This document shows positions 17,854 through 25,301 of a stretch of 27,546 bases of DNA, in pieces. How positions within the stretch are numbered: position 1 is the first letter of the stretch; every line of letters begins with the position of its first letter. This DNA comes from a virus (taxonomy: Duplodnaviria; Caudoviricetes): positions 1-27,546 of the IMG/VR virus record IMGVR_UViG_3300010289_000003; one strand, 5' to 3'. The notes beneath the pieces were generated by a model. That model made no database searches. It had not been told where the DNA came from and saw only the letters and a list, made by a program, of their open reading frames with translations. The position numbers were made by a program, and so were the translations under genes.

Positions 17854-18606
17854 ATGGACAGGCAACCAGATGCTACAGCGCGACTCCTCGAAGCCGCCAA
17901 GTGCGGCAAGCTCCCCGCCGGTTTCGACCGGTGGGAGTTAGCCTATGAGGACGGCTGGACGGTGGCCCACGCAGCCGCCGCCTACGGCAAGCTCCCCCCG
18001 GATTTCGACCTGTGGGAGCTAGCCGACCGCAACGGGTGGACTGTGGCCCACGAGGCCGCCGCCCGCGGTACGCTTCCAGCCGGCTTTGACCGGTGGGATC
18101 TCGAGGATGCCTGGGGGTGGACTGTGGCCCACGAGGCCGCCGCCCGCGGCGACCTCCCACCTGATTTCGACCGGTGGAAGCTGTCCGCCGGCCCTAGCAG
18201 ATGGACGGTGGCCCACGAGGCCGCCGCCCGCGGCGACCTCCCACCTGATTTCGACCGGTGGGAGCTAGCTGACATCTGCGGCTGGACGGTGGCCCACGTG
18301 GCTGCCGCCCGCGGCGACCTCCCACCTGATTTCGACCAGTGGGAATTGGTGGACGACTGCGGCCGCACAGTTGCCCACGTGGCCGCCACCTACGGAACAC
18401 TCCCCACCGGTTTCAGCCGGTGGGAGTTGGTTGACGACCTGGGACAGACGGTGGCCCACGTGGCCGCCGCCCACGGCAAGCTCCCAGCCGACTTCAGCCG
18501 GTGGGAGCTTGCCGACCGCAACGGGTGGACTGTGGCCCACGTGGCCGCCGCCCGCAGCGGCCTCCCCACCGGTTTCGACCGGTGGGAGCTGGTAGTACAG
18601 AGGTGA
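17854..18606 (+). CDS. 27-aa ankyrin-like repeat protein 3 (250 aa)
   Basis: Same leader and N-cap as protein 2; ends RWELVVQR. Confidence 0.88.
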   Translation: MDRQPDATARLLEAAKCGKLPAGFDRWELAYEDGWTVAHAAAAYGKLPPDFDLWELADRNGWTVAHEAAARGTLPAGFDRWDLEDAWGWTVAHEAAARGDLPPDFDRWKLSAGPSRWTVAHEAAARGDLPPDFDRWELADICGWTVAHVAAARGDLPPDFDQWELVDDCGRTVAHVAATYGTLPTGFSRWELVDDLGQTVAHVAAAHGKLPADFSRWELADRNGWTVAHVAAARSGLPTGFDRWELVVQR

Positions 18607-18608
18607 AA

Positions 18609-19019
18609 ATGGACGCAGCGCGATTTATCGAAGACGCTGCCCACGGCAAGCTCCCCGATGGATTCAGTCGGTGGGAGCTTGCCGACCAGTGGGGCTGGAC
18701 TGTGGCCCACGCAGCCGCCGCCTACGGCAAGCTCCCCGATGGATTCAGTCGGTGGGAGCTTGCCGACCACAACGGAATGACGGTGGCCCACGCAGCCGCC
18801 ACCAGCGGCACGCTACCCGATGGCTTTGACCAGTGGGAGCTTGCTGATCACGGCGGCTGTACAGTTGCCCACTACGCTGCTGCCCGCGGCGACCTCCCAC
18901 CTGATTTCGACCGGTGGGAGCTAGCCGACCGCAACGGAGTGACGGTTGCCAAAATGGCCGCCATCCACGGAAACCTTCCAGCCGGCTTTGACCGGTGGGA
19001 GTTGGTAGTACAGAGGTGA
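18609..19019 (+). CDS. 27-aa ankyrin-like repeat protein 4 (136 aa)
   Basis: SD GAGGTGA overlaps the previous stop; starts MDAARF, ends RWELVVQR. Confidence 0.88.
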   Translation: MDAARFIEDAAHGKLPDGFSRWELADQWGWTVAHAAAAYGKLPDGFSRWELADHNGMTVAHAAATSGTLPDGFDQWELADHGGCTVAHYAAARGDLPPDFDRWELADRNGVTVAKMAAIHGNLPAGFDRWELVVQR

Positions 19020-19021
19020 AA

Positions 19022-19753
19022 ATGGACGCAGCGCGATTCGTCGCAGCCGCTGCCCACGGCACACTCCCAGATGGATTCAGTCGGTGGGAGCTTGCCAACC
19101 GCAACGGCTGGACTGTGGCCCACGAGGCTGCCACCAGTGGTTACCTCCCCTCCGACTTCAACCAGTGGGAGCTTGCCGACCAGTGGGGCTGGACAGTCGC
19201 CCACGTTGCCGCCAAGCGCAGCAAGCTCCCCCCAGATTTCAACCGGTGGGAGTTAGCCGATCGTGACGGCTGGACGGTGGCCCACGAGGCCGCCGCCCAC
19301 GGCACGCTACCCGCCGGCTTCGACCGGTGGGAGCTAGCAGACCGCAACGGTGTAACGGTGGCCCACGTGGCCGCCAGGCACGGCAATCTCCCGACCGGCT
19401 TCAGCCGGTGGGAGCTAGCGAATGAGAACGGCTGGACTGTGGCCCACGAGGCCGCCGCCCACAGAAAACTCCCGGCCGGCTTCGACCGGTGGGAGTTGTC
19501 TGCCGGCCACAGCGGCTGGACTGTGGCCCACGAGGCCGCCTCCCGCGGCAAGCTCCCCGCCGGTTTCGACCGGTGGGAGTTGGTTGACGCCCTGGGACAG
19601 ACGGTGGCCCACGTGGCCGCCACCCACGGCACGCTACCCGCCGGTTTCGACCGGTGGGAGCTGGCAGACCGCAACGGTGTAACGGTAGCAAAAGTAGCCG
19701 CTGCATACGGAAACCTTCCAGCCGGCTTTGACCGGTGGGAGTTGGTGAGATAA
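19022..19753 (+). CDS. 27-aa ankyrin-like repeat protein 5 (243 aa)
   Basis: SD GAGGTGA; starts MDAARF, ends RWELVR. Confidence 0.88.
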   Translation: MDAARFVAAAAHGTLPDGFSRWELANRNGWTVAHEAATSGYLPSDFNQWELADQWGWTVAHVAAKRSKLPPDFNRWELADRDGWTVAHEAAAHGTLPAGFDRWELADRNGVTVAHVAARHGNLPTGFSRWELANENGWTVAHEAAAHRKLPAGFDRWELSAGHSGWTVAHEAASRGKLPAGFDRWELVDALGQTVAHVAATHGTLPAGFDRWELADRNGVTVAKVAAAYGNLPAGFDRWELVR

Positions 19754-19782
19754 GCGCAGACCAATCACGCGGAGGAGAAAAA

Positions 19783-20364
19783 ATGGACAGGCAACCAGAT
19801 GCTACAGCGCGACTCCTCGAGGCCGCCGCCCGCGGCAAGCTCCCCGCCGGTTTCGACCGGTGGGAGCTTGCCGACATCTGCGGCTGGACGGTGGCCCACG
19901 TGGCCGCCACCCACGGCACGCTACCCGCCGGTTTCGACCGGTGGGAGCTGGCAGACCGCAACGGTGTAACGGTGGCCCACGTGGCCGCCGCCTACGGAAA
20001 CCTCCCACCCGATTTTGATCAGTGGGAGTTGGAAGACGCAAGTGGACGGACGGTGGCCCACGTGGCCGCCGCCCGCGGCAAGCTCCCCCCGGATTTCGAC
20101 CTGTGGGAGCTAGCGGACACCTACGGGTGGACGGTGGCCCACGAGGCCGCCAAGATGGGCAAGCTCCCCGCCAGTTTCGACCTGTGGGAGATGGCGGACA
20201 CCTACGGCTGGACTGTGGCCCACGAGGCCGCCGCCAACGGCACGCTACCCGCCGGCTTCGACCGGTGGGAGATAGACGACTGGGCTGGCTGGACTGTGGC
20301 CCAAGCGGCCGCCGAACACGGCAAGCTCCCCGCCGGCTTTGACCGGTGGGAGCTGGTGAGGTAA
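19783..20364 (+). CDS. 27-aa ankyrin-like repeat protein 6 (193 aa)
   Basis: SD GGAGGAG; starts MDRQPDATARL, ends RWELVR. Confidence 0.88.
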   Translation: MDRQPDATARLLEAAARGKLPAGFDRWELADICGWTVAHVAATHGTLPAGFDRWELADRNGVTVAHVAAAYGNLPPDFDQWELEDASGRTVAHVAAARGKLPPDFDLWELADTYGWTVAHEAAKMGKLPASFDLWEMADTYGWTVAHEAAANGTLPAGFDRWEIDDWAGWTVAQAAAEHGKLPAGFDRWELVR

Positions 20365-20396
20365 GCGCAGACCAATCACGCGGGAGGGGAATTGAA

Positions 20397-20732
20397 ATGT
20401 ACAGAAATACAGATTTTACAATGCGTGAGATTCAAGATTCTGAGTATGGAGAATTGCTCCGTGCACTCGCTGTGAATCCGTTTGATGCAGAGGCGCGCGA
20501 GAAAGTGGCTGTGCTCCTGCGCAAACATAAGAGCACGCAAGAATACTACGGCGATTTGTACCGCTCAGAATACGCTTCTTGTCATAGACAGGGAGAGTAT
20601 GGTTTGGAAGTGTACCACAATTTCTCCGAACGGCTGAGAGAGTACTTCTTGTCGATCGGCGGAAATAGCCTGGCTGCAAACCGGTTAGCCAGGTTTGATG
20701 CAGAGGGATTTGTGGAGATGTTAGCGGGTTAG
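20397..20732 (+). CDS. Hypothetical helical protein (111 aa) embedded in the repeat array
   Basis: SD GGGAGGGG before ATG 20397; visibly lower GC than the repeat genes; family not recognised. Confidence 0.72.
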   Translation: MYRNTDFTMREIQDSEYGELLRALAVNPFDAEAREKVAVLLRKHKSTQEYYGDLYRSEYASCHRQGEYGLEVYHNFSERLREYFLSIGGNSLAANRLARFDAEGFVEMLAG

Positions 20733-20748
20733 AAATACAGAAAAAAAC

Positions 20749-20808
20749 TTGGCTGCCAAGCACGGCAATATCCCCACCGGTTTCAGCCGGTGGGAGTTGG
20801 TGAGGTAA
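20749..20808 (+). pseudogene. Orphan 3' end of a repeat gene (AAKHGNIPTGFSRWELVR*)
   Basis: In-frame translation of 20752-20808 matches the ends of repeat genes 5 and 6, including the following GCGCA. Confidence 0.8.
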
Positions 20809-20819
20809 GCGCACCCCCA

Positions 20820-20862
20820 AAAACAAACGCGGCCCGTGGTCTTTACGGGCCGCATTTGTTTT
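20820..20862. terminator. Bidirectional intrinsic terminator between the cassette and the terminase-portal operon
   Basis: AAAACAAAc-GCGGCCCGT-ggtcttt-ACGGGCCGC-aTTTGTTTT; U-rich tail on both strands, between convergent genes. Confidence 0.85.
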
Positions 20863-21058
20863 GCTCTGCAAAAATGGCCGTCAAGTCAGCGATAAATTGC
20901 AACGTGTCAACATCCACCAGACGCCCGCCGCGGGCAACAGTGCGGTTGCAGTTCTTCTTGTCCATAAACAGCAAGCGCGTACCAACCAGGCGACAAAGGG
21001 GAATCCCACCCACCCTGATCAGACTGTCACCATCTATGGTCACTATTCGCCCATCCAT
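20843..21058 (-). CDS. Small hypothetical protein
   Basis: 71 aa, overlaps the MuF-like stop, GAGG upstream; ends within the terminator. Confidence 0.55.
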   Translation of the reverse strand: MDGRIVTIDGDSLIRVGGIPLCRLVGTRLLFMDKKNCNRTVARGGRLVDVDTLQFIADLTAIFAEQNKCGP

Positions 21059-21693
21059 AGCGCCTCACAATCCTCTACCTGCTTGGGGCGTATATCCCAA
21101 GTATGCGGGCAGTTAACGTGGTACGGGGGAGGGTTGTTTAACGCAACCCTCAGCGGGACAAAACCGCGATTGATCCAGCCCACACACACAGGACACACGC
21201 CTTGCCTCGGTTCAAGAATGGCAAACCCGATGGCGTTGGCGTTCATCCGATAAAATTCCTGTTGAGCAAGCGCGCGCGCGGTCTTGTCTGTCACATTGGC
21301 AATCTGAGCGTCTTTCCACTTCCAGTACTCCTCATCAAAACGCCGTATCCGCGCGGCGTAGTAATGGCGATTCCCCCGCGGGTTATCCTGTCTGGCGCGC
21401 TTGATCTCGTTGGCCAGGTAGTAGTTGTAGGTGTTAACGATGCTCTGCGCGTCCGCGAGCGACATTTCGTTCAGCTTGCTCAACGTCTCGTTATTCCTGA
21501 GTCCAGCCCGCCGACCTGCACAACCAACATTCCCAGCCTGGATCTCAAGCTCCTGCTCGTATGAAGCGCGCCGCGCGCGCAACAACTCGCGTCTAATCTG
21601 CTCGACATCCGCAGCATCATACCGCGCAGCAAGGTGAACCAGCCGCTGCACGTTCGAGAACTGCTCAACGACGGCGTGCCAGTCAAGCGGCAT
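21043..21693 (-). CDS. Head morphogenesis protein (MuF / SPP1 gp7-like)
   Basis: VCPVC...PPYHVNCPH motif, follows the portal gene; start re-called to ATG 21693 (GGAG SD). Confidence 0.78.
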   Translation of the reverse strand: MPLDWHAVVEQFSNVQRLVHLAARYDAADVEQIRRELLRARRASYEQELEIQAGNVGCAGRRAGLRNNETLSKLNEMSLADAQSIVNTYNYYLANEIKRARQDNPRGNRHYYAARIRRFDEEYWKWKDAQIANVTDKTARALAQQEFYRMNANAIGFAILEPRQGVCPVCVGWINRGFVPLRVALNNPPPYHVNCPHTWDIRPKQVEDCEALWMGE

Positions 21694-21892
21694 CGTCGCT
21701 CTCCAGAGCAGCAAGCCATTCATCCTCTGGGATATTCTCGACGCCCTGCGCTTTGGCTTCCCGCGCGACTTCGTGTAGTGACTTGAGTCTTAAAAGAAAA
21801 CCACGACGTAATCGGCGCCGCTTCAGCTCCTCAGCCCTGGCCTTACCAGGAGAAAAAAAGGCGAGAGGGGGAAACAGATTCTCTCCCATCAC
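21683..21892 (-). CDS. Small hypothetical protein
   Basis: 69 aa filling the portal-MuF gap, overlapping both neighbours; GGAGGT SD. Confidence 0.6.
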   Translation of the reverse strand: MMGENLFPPLAFFSPGKARAEELKRRRLRRGFLLRLKSLHEVAREAKAQGVENIPEDEWLAALESDDAA

Positions 21893-23454
21893 TCCACCTC
21901 CGGATCATACGTTCGCTCGCATTGCGCACACACCAGCAGATTCTTGTGGTCTTGGTAGGCGTATGCTTGCTCTGCTCCACATAGGGGACAGACGTGCTCG
22001 ACTAGAGACGGGATATGTATATCTTGGTTTGGGAGGCTGCGCTTAACGTGGTGGTAACGTCTGGCGGCATCGCTTCCGTGTTTCCAAATCACCTGCTCTC
22101 TGCCCCCAGGCCAGGAATAGCGAACGATAGGCTCGTCGGCGAAAAGCTCGCACGCGCGCCGCACCCGTTCGTTTTCGCGCAGGCGTTCGCGCTCGGCGTT
22201 ATCCGTGTCTGTAACCGTGACAGGTTCGTCCTCCTGTGTCCAAACGTCAGGAATGAGCTTCAGCTCCGCCAGAAGATAGCGTCTTTCTGCAGCAGACAAT
22301 GTTTCCTCGCCTGGCACGGGAGAAAAAGCCATCGTGTTTATGGCACTGGCTTGGGCTTGTTTGACCTGCGCTTCCAAGAGCAGGCCGGAATCATCGCGCT
22401 GCTCAAACTCGAAGTGCAAGCTAGCTGGAAGCTGGCGTTGAATGTGATCCTGAAATGCCAGAGCAAAATCAAGGTTACCCTTACTGGAGGCCTTCGCTGC
22501 CTGGACTTCAGTCTCTCGCCCTGTACCGAGCACACCGCCGGACACCGGCCAGAACTCGCGAGGGTCGAAGCCAAAGCAAAGCGCATACCCGTTCATCAGA
22601 ACAGACGTGAATGTCTGTAAATCGAAATTTTCCGGCAACTGGGACAGCGCGATGAGCTTTGCGTCCATACTGCTCTGGGTAAAGAGAACGGTCAGGCCGG
22701 CATAATACTCACGTTCCCGCTCTGTAAGCTGGGCGTCGTTGGTTTGCATTGCAGACACCCAGTCATTTTCGTCCCACCCCTGCAGCAGGAGCAGTCCCTT
22801 TTGGAGCGCAGCTTGCAACATTTCGCGGTCGTGGCGGTAGACTGCAACCATAATGATACTCAAGTCGAGCGCGCGGCTCAAGGCGCAATACCCCAACCCG
22901 TTGTATGCCTCGTCGCTGCTGGGCATACTCACCGAACGGAAGAAATCAGATGCGCGCCACATCTGCTCCTGTTTTCCAGGGGGGGAGTATATAAGCGGGA
23001 AATCAGGGTCACCGGTTAACCTGCACCGCGCGCTATCGAGGTGCCACAGAGCCGCCAGAGGGCCGCTTTCATCAACCCTGCCCACTTCGGAGATAGCACC
23101 AATGTCTGTTGTCCAAAAGGACTCGCTTTGCTGGCTGATATACTGCCGCCACCCATCCCCGTTGTTGGCGTTGCGCAGGATGGCGTTGTACCTTGCCACC
23201 TGGTTTCTCCCGCCGACGATTTGCCAGCCCCGGTTTTTGTCAATCGAGACCACGCTTGAGATAACACCGGACAGGAGTGGCTCTTGTTTCCAAAAGCTGC
23301 GCATCCACTGATCGCGCGAGCGATTGTCCGGCGACCAGGCCGGGCAAGACATTACCATCTCTTTTGTCCAACGCGATAACCGCTGGAAAAAGGACGACAT
23401 CGCTTGAGATGGCGACGTGAAACGGGGTTGTTTGGATGTGATTTCGTCTGACAT
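21889..23454 (-). CDS. Portal protein with C-terminal zinc ribbon
   Basis: 521 aa directly after TerL; portal-like features (LWHLDSARC, GLGYCAL, ALCFGFDPREF); ends CPLC...CAQC. Confidence 0.85.
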   Translation of the reverse strand: MSDEITSKQPRFTSPSQAMSSFFQRLSRWTKEMVMSCPAWSPDNRSRDQWMRSFWKQEPLLSGVISSVVSIDKNRGWQIVGGRNQVARYNAILRNANNGDGWRQYISQQSESFWTTDIGAISEVGRVDESGPLAALWHLDSARCRLTGDPDFPLIYSPPGKQEQMWRASDFFRSVSMPSSDEAYNGLGYCALSRALDLSIIMVAVYRHDREMLQAALQKGLLLLQGWDENDWVSAMQTNDAQLTEREREYYAGLTVLFTQSSMDAKLIALSQLPENFDLQTFTSVLMNGYALCFGFDPREFWPVSGGVLGTGRETEVQAAKASSKGNLDFALAFQDHIQRQLPASLHFEFEQRDDSGLLLEAQVKQAQASAINTMAFSPVPGEETLSAAERRYLLAELKLIPDVWTQEDEPVTVTDTDNAERERLRENERVRRACELFADEPIVRYSWPGGREQVIWKHGSDAARRYHHVKRSLPNQDIHIPSLVEHVCPLCGAEQAYAYQDHKNLLVCAQCERTYDPEVE

Positions 23455-24743
23455 TACGTTCCCCTCCCCCCACTGCTACGTCCAAGCAGAAATGTCGCTC
23501 CCCACACCAGCGCGTCGAGGCGGTTGGGGCTGTACGAACCCGGTTGCCATTGACACAACTCATCTTCCAGCCGGTAAAAACTTCCCACGTGATGAGCGCG
23601 CCCTTGTTGGTATATGGCACTAATTGGTTCTGCCCTCACGTGCTTCCCGCGTGAAGCGTAAACTAGTTTAACCGGAACTGTCGGATCAACGGTACGGAAT
23701 GTGAGAGTCACCATTTCACCGCCCTGGTTGGCTTCCGCTACAATCCTATCGGCCTGCAACTTGTTGTACAGAGCGATAGCTACCCTGGCGGCTTCATCTG
23801 GCGAAGCCCGTGTGCTTGCGTCCTCTAGCACGTACAAATGTTGTTTGTCGCCGACGGTAGATGTGCCAACCGCAACTATACCCCACTCGTCGCCGGCAGC
23901 GGTTGCAGCCGGGTCAACAGCGACGACAAGGCGCGACAGGTCTGGCAGGTCTGTAACGTGATCGATCCACTCTCTGCGCCACAACGCGCCTGGGTTGTCC
24001 TCAATATCCTCAGCGAGGATTTCTTGCCGGTATGCTATATCCGTCATATCCTGCTGGACTTCCGCCAGAGCCTCACGGTTGAGATATTTGTTGTCCATGC
24101 TGGTGAAGTGAAAAGCGGCCCAGCGGCCGGTTGTGTCCTTCTGTGCTCTTTTGAACAAATCGGCTGCGTGGCGCGGGTTTTTTGCCCGGCTGTACACGAT
24201 GCTTTGTATAGACGGGGGAGTGTAAATGAAGATAGCGTCGCCGTTGTTATCCAAGAGCATCGGAGCTCCAACGAGCGTCCAAGCAGACTCGTCCATCTGC
24301 TGGTACTCGTCCAGGATCAGCAAGTCGGCGTAGTCGCCGCGGAGGGTATCAGGGTCCCACGCGGTCTTGGCGCGGATGCGGGCTTCGCTGCCGGTTTTCT
24401 CGATAATGTGGCGGGTTTCATTTTTGTAGAATACGCCGGCCGAGAGCGGCTGCTCCAATGTCCTCTTGACCTCGTACCAGAAACGGTCAATCTGTTCCTG
24501 GGTCGGGACCGCGTACAAGATGCGTTTCCCGTTCAAGAACTGGTACGCTGCGATGTAAGCAGCGATGGTCGTCTTGCCGCTACGTCTTCCGGCCCGCACG
24601 ACTTTTCGCTTAGCGTTGCTCCTGAAAATCTCTTTTTGCTTGTCGTGCGGTTCCCTGAAGCTGGCATAAACGTCAATCCCAATTTTCGTGTACGAGGTGT
24701 ATCGTGACTTGCCCACCCACTCCTGCCTTGTCACCATAAACAT
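23454..24743 (-). CDS. terL: Terminase large subunit
   Basis: Walker A AGRRSGKT, Walker B LLILDE, nuclease motifs VVAVDPA and PNRLDALVW; exact start uncertain. Confidence 0.96.
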   Translation of the reverse strand: MFMVTRQEWVGKSRYTSYTKIGIDVYASFREPHDKQKEIFRSNAKRKVVRAGRRSGKTTIAAYIAAYQFLNGKRILYAVPTQEQIDRFWYEVKRTLEQPLSAGVFYKNETRHIIEKTGSEARIRAKTAWDPDTLRGDYADLLILDEYQQMDESAWTLVGAPMLLDNNGDAIFIYTPPSIQSIVYSRAKNPRHAADLFKRAQKDTTGRWAAFHFTSMDNKYLNREALAEVQQDMTDIAYRQEILAEDIEDNPGALWRREWIDHVTDLPDLSRLVVAVDPAATAAGDEWGIVAVGTSTVGDKQHLYVLEDASTRASPDEAARVAIALYNKLQADRIVAEANQGGEMVTLTFRTVDPTVPVKLVYASRGKHVRAEPISAIYQQGRAHHVGSFYRLEDELCQWQPGSYSPNRLDALVWGATFLLGRSSGGRGT

Positions 24744-25038
24744 CAGAGCGCATCACGCGCAACCACCATTGCGATGTAGAAAGATCCCCCTCGTTGATGG
24801 CCTTGATGATGTTGGCTTCGGCCATATCGCTCACTCTGTTTCGTTCATCCATCCAGGCTTCTGCAACCGTTGGATGCTCGTCTATGAAACGCCTGGCAGT
24901 GATCCAAGAGCACCCAACTCGCTTGGCGATAGCCGCGATCACACCGCCTGTCCCTGGGATGGCTTCGAGAAAGAGTTTGGTGGTGAACCGGCTGTTTTTT
25001 TTCCTGCCGCTCTTGCTGCTATCGGCTGCCTCCATCAC
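24673..25038 (-). CDS. terS: Terminase small subunit (HTH)
   Basis: HTH-like GVIAAIAKRVGCSWITARRFI, helical oligomerisation region, upstream of and overlapping terL. Confidence 0.82.
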   Translation of the reverse strand: MMEAADSSKSGRKKNSRFTTKLFLEAIPGTGGVIAAIAKRVGCSWITARRFIDEHPTVAEAWMDERNRVSDMAEANIIKAINEGDLSTSQWWLRVMRSDVYGDKAGVGGQVTIHLVHENWD

Positions 25039-25062
25039 ACCCCCTTAAAAAAATCTAGTTAT

Positions 25063-25101
25063 GTGGGCCTGCAATGTCGCTCCTGCACGTTGCAGGCCCA
25101 C
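25063..25101 (-). terminator. Hairpin after the small peptide gene
   Basis: 12-bp perfect stem GTGGGCCTGCAA / TTGCAGGCCCAC, followed on the minus strand by ATAACTAGATTTTTTT. Confidence 0.65.
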
Positions 25102-25113
25102 CGCTGCTTGGCT

Positions 25114-25296
25114 TTAGCGCCTGAAGAGCCTCCCCAAACGGGAGAGGGCACGCCGAAAGAACCCCCCTCTAGCTCCGCCAGCCGCTGGGGCAGGGGCAGG
25201 AGCAGGAGCAGCAGCAGGAGCTGCAGTCTCGGCGGCAGCAGCAGGAGCAGCGGCCTCTTCGGGCGCCGGCGCCGACTTCGGACCTTCGTAAGGCAT
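25114..25296 (-). CDS. 60-aa Ala/Pro-rich peptide with cationic amphipathic C-terminus
   Basis: Perfect SD AGGAGGTGA overlapping the radical SAM stop; MPYEGPKSAPAPEEAAAP...AAGGARGGFFRRALSRLGRLFRR; followed by a hairpin. Confidence 0.85.
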   Translation of the reverse strand: MPYEGPKSAPAPEEAAAPAAAAETAAPAAAPAPAPAPAAGGARGGFFRRALSRLGRLFRR

Positions 25297-25301
25297 TTTT
25301 A

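Larger units (their letters stand above)
16670..20364 (+). repeat. Tandem array of approx. 42 degenerate 81-bp (sometimes 84-bp) coding repeats carrying an inverted repeat
   Basis: Unit approx. GGCTGGACGGTGGCCCACGwGGCCGCCnnnnnnGGCAAGCTCCCACCTGATTTCGACCGGTGGGAGCTTGCCGACnnnnnn; units counted by hand as 4+8+9+5+9+7. Confidence 0.97.

Noticed and set aside
16480-20342. Many antisense and alternate-frame ORFs over the repeat array
   Set aside because: Shadows of a GC-rich, stop-poor, partly palindromic repeat; they lack SDs, whereas the six called genes all have them.
16670-20364. CRISPR array
   Set aside because: Palindromic units at regular spacing are suggestive, but the intervening sequence is conserved rather than unique, units vary at synonymous positions, the period is a multiple of 3 with open frames and SDs, and no cas gene is present.
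16640-20808. Diversity-generating retroelement (TR/VR)
   Set aside because: No reverse transcriptase in the window, differences are not adenine-specific, and there is no single template/variable pair.
15325-20878. CTGCAAAA(A)TG at both cassette edges as att or target-site duplication
   Set aside because: Only about 10 bp, imperfect, and the right copy is inside a probable gene; no integrase or transposase seen.
25180-25275. GCAGGA/GCAGGG short tandem repeats
   Set aside because: They encode the Ala/Pro spacer of the peptide; no separate element is needed.
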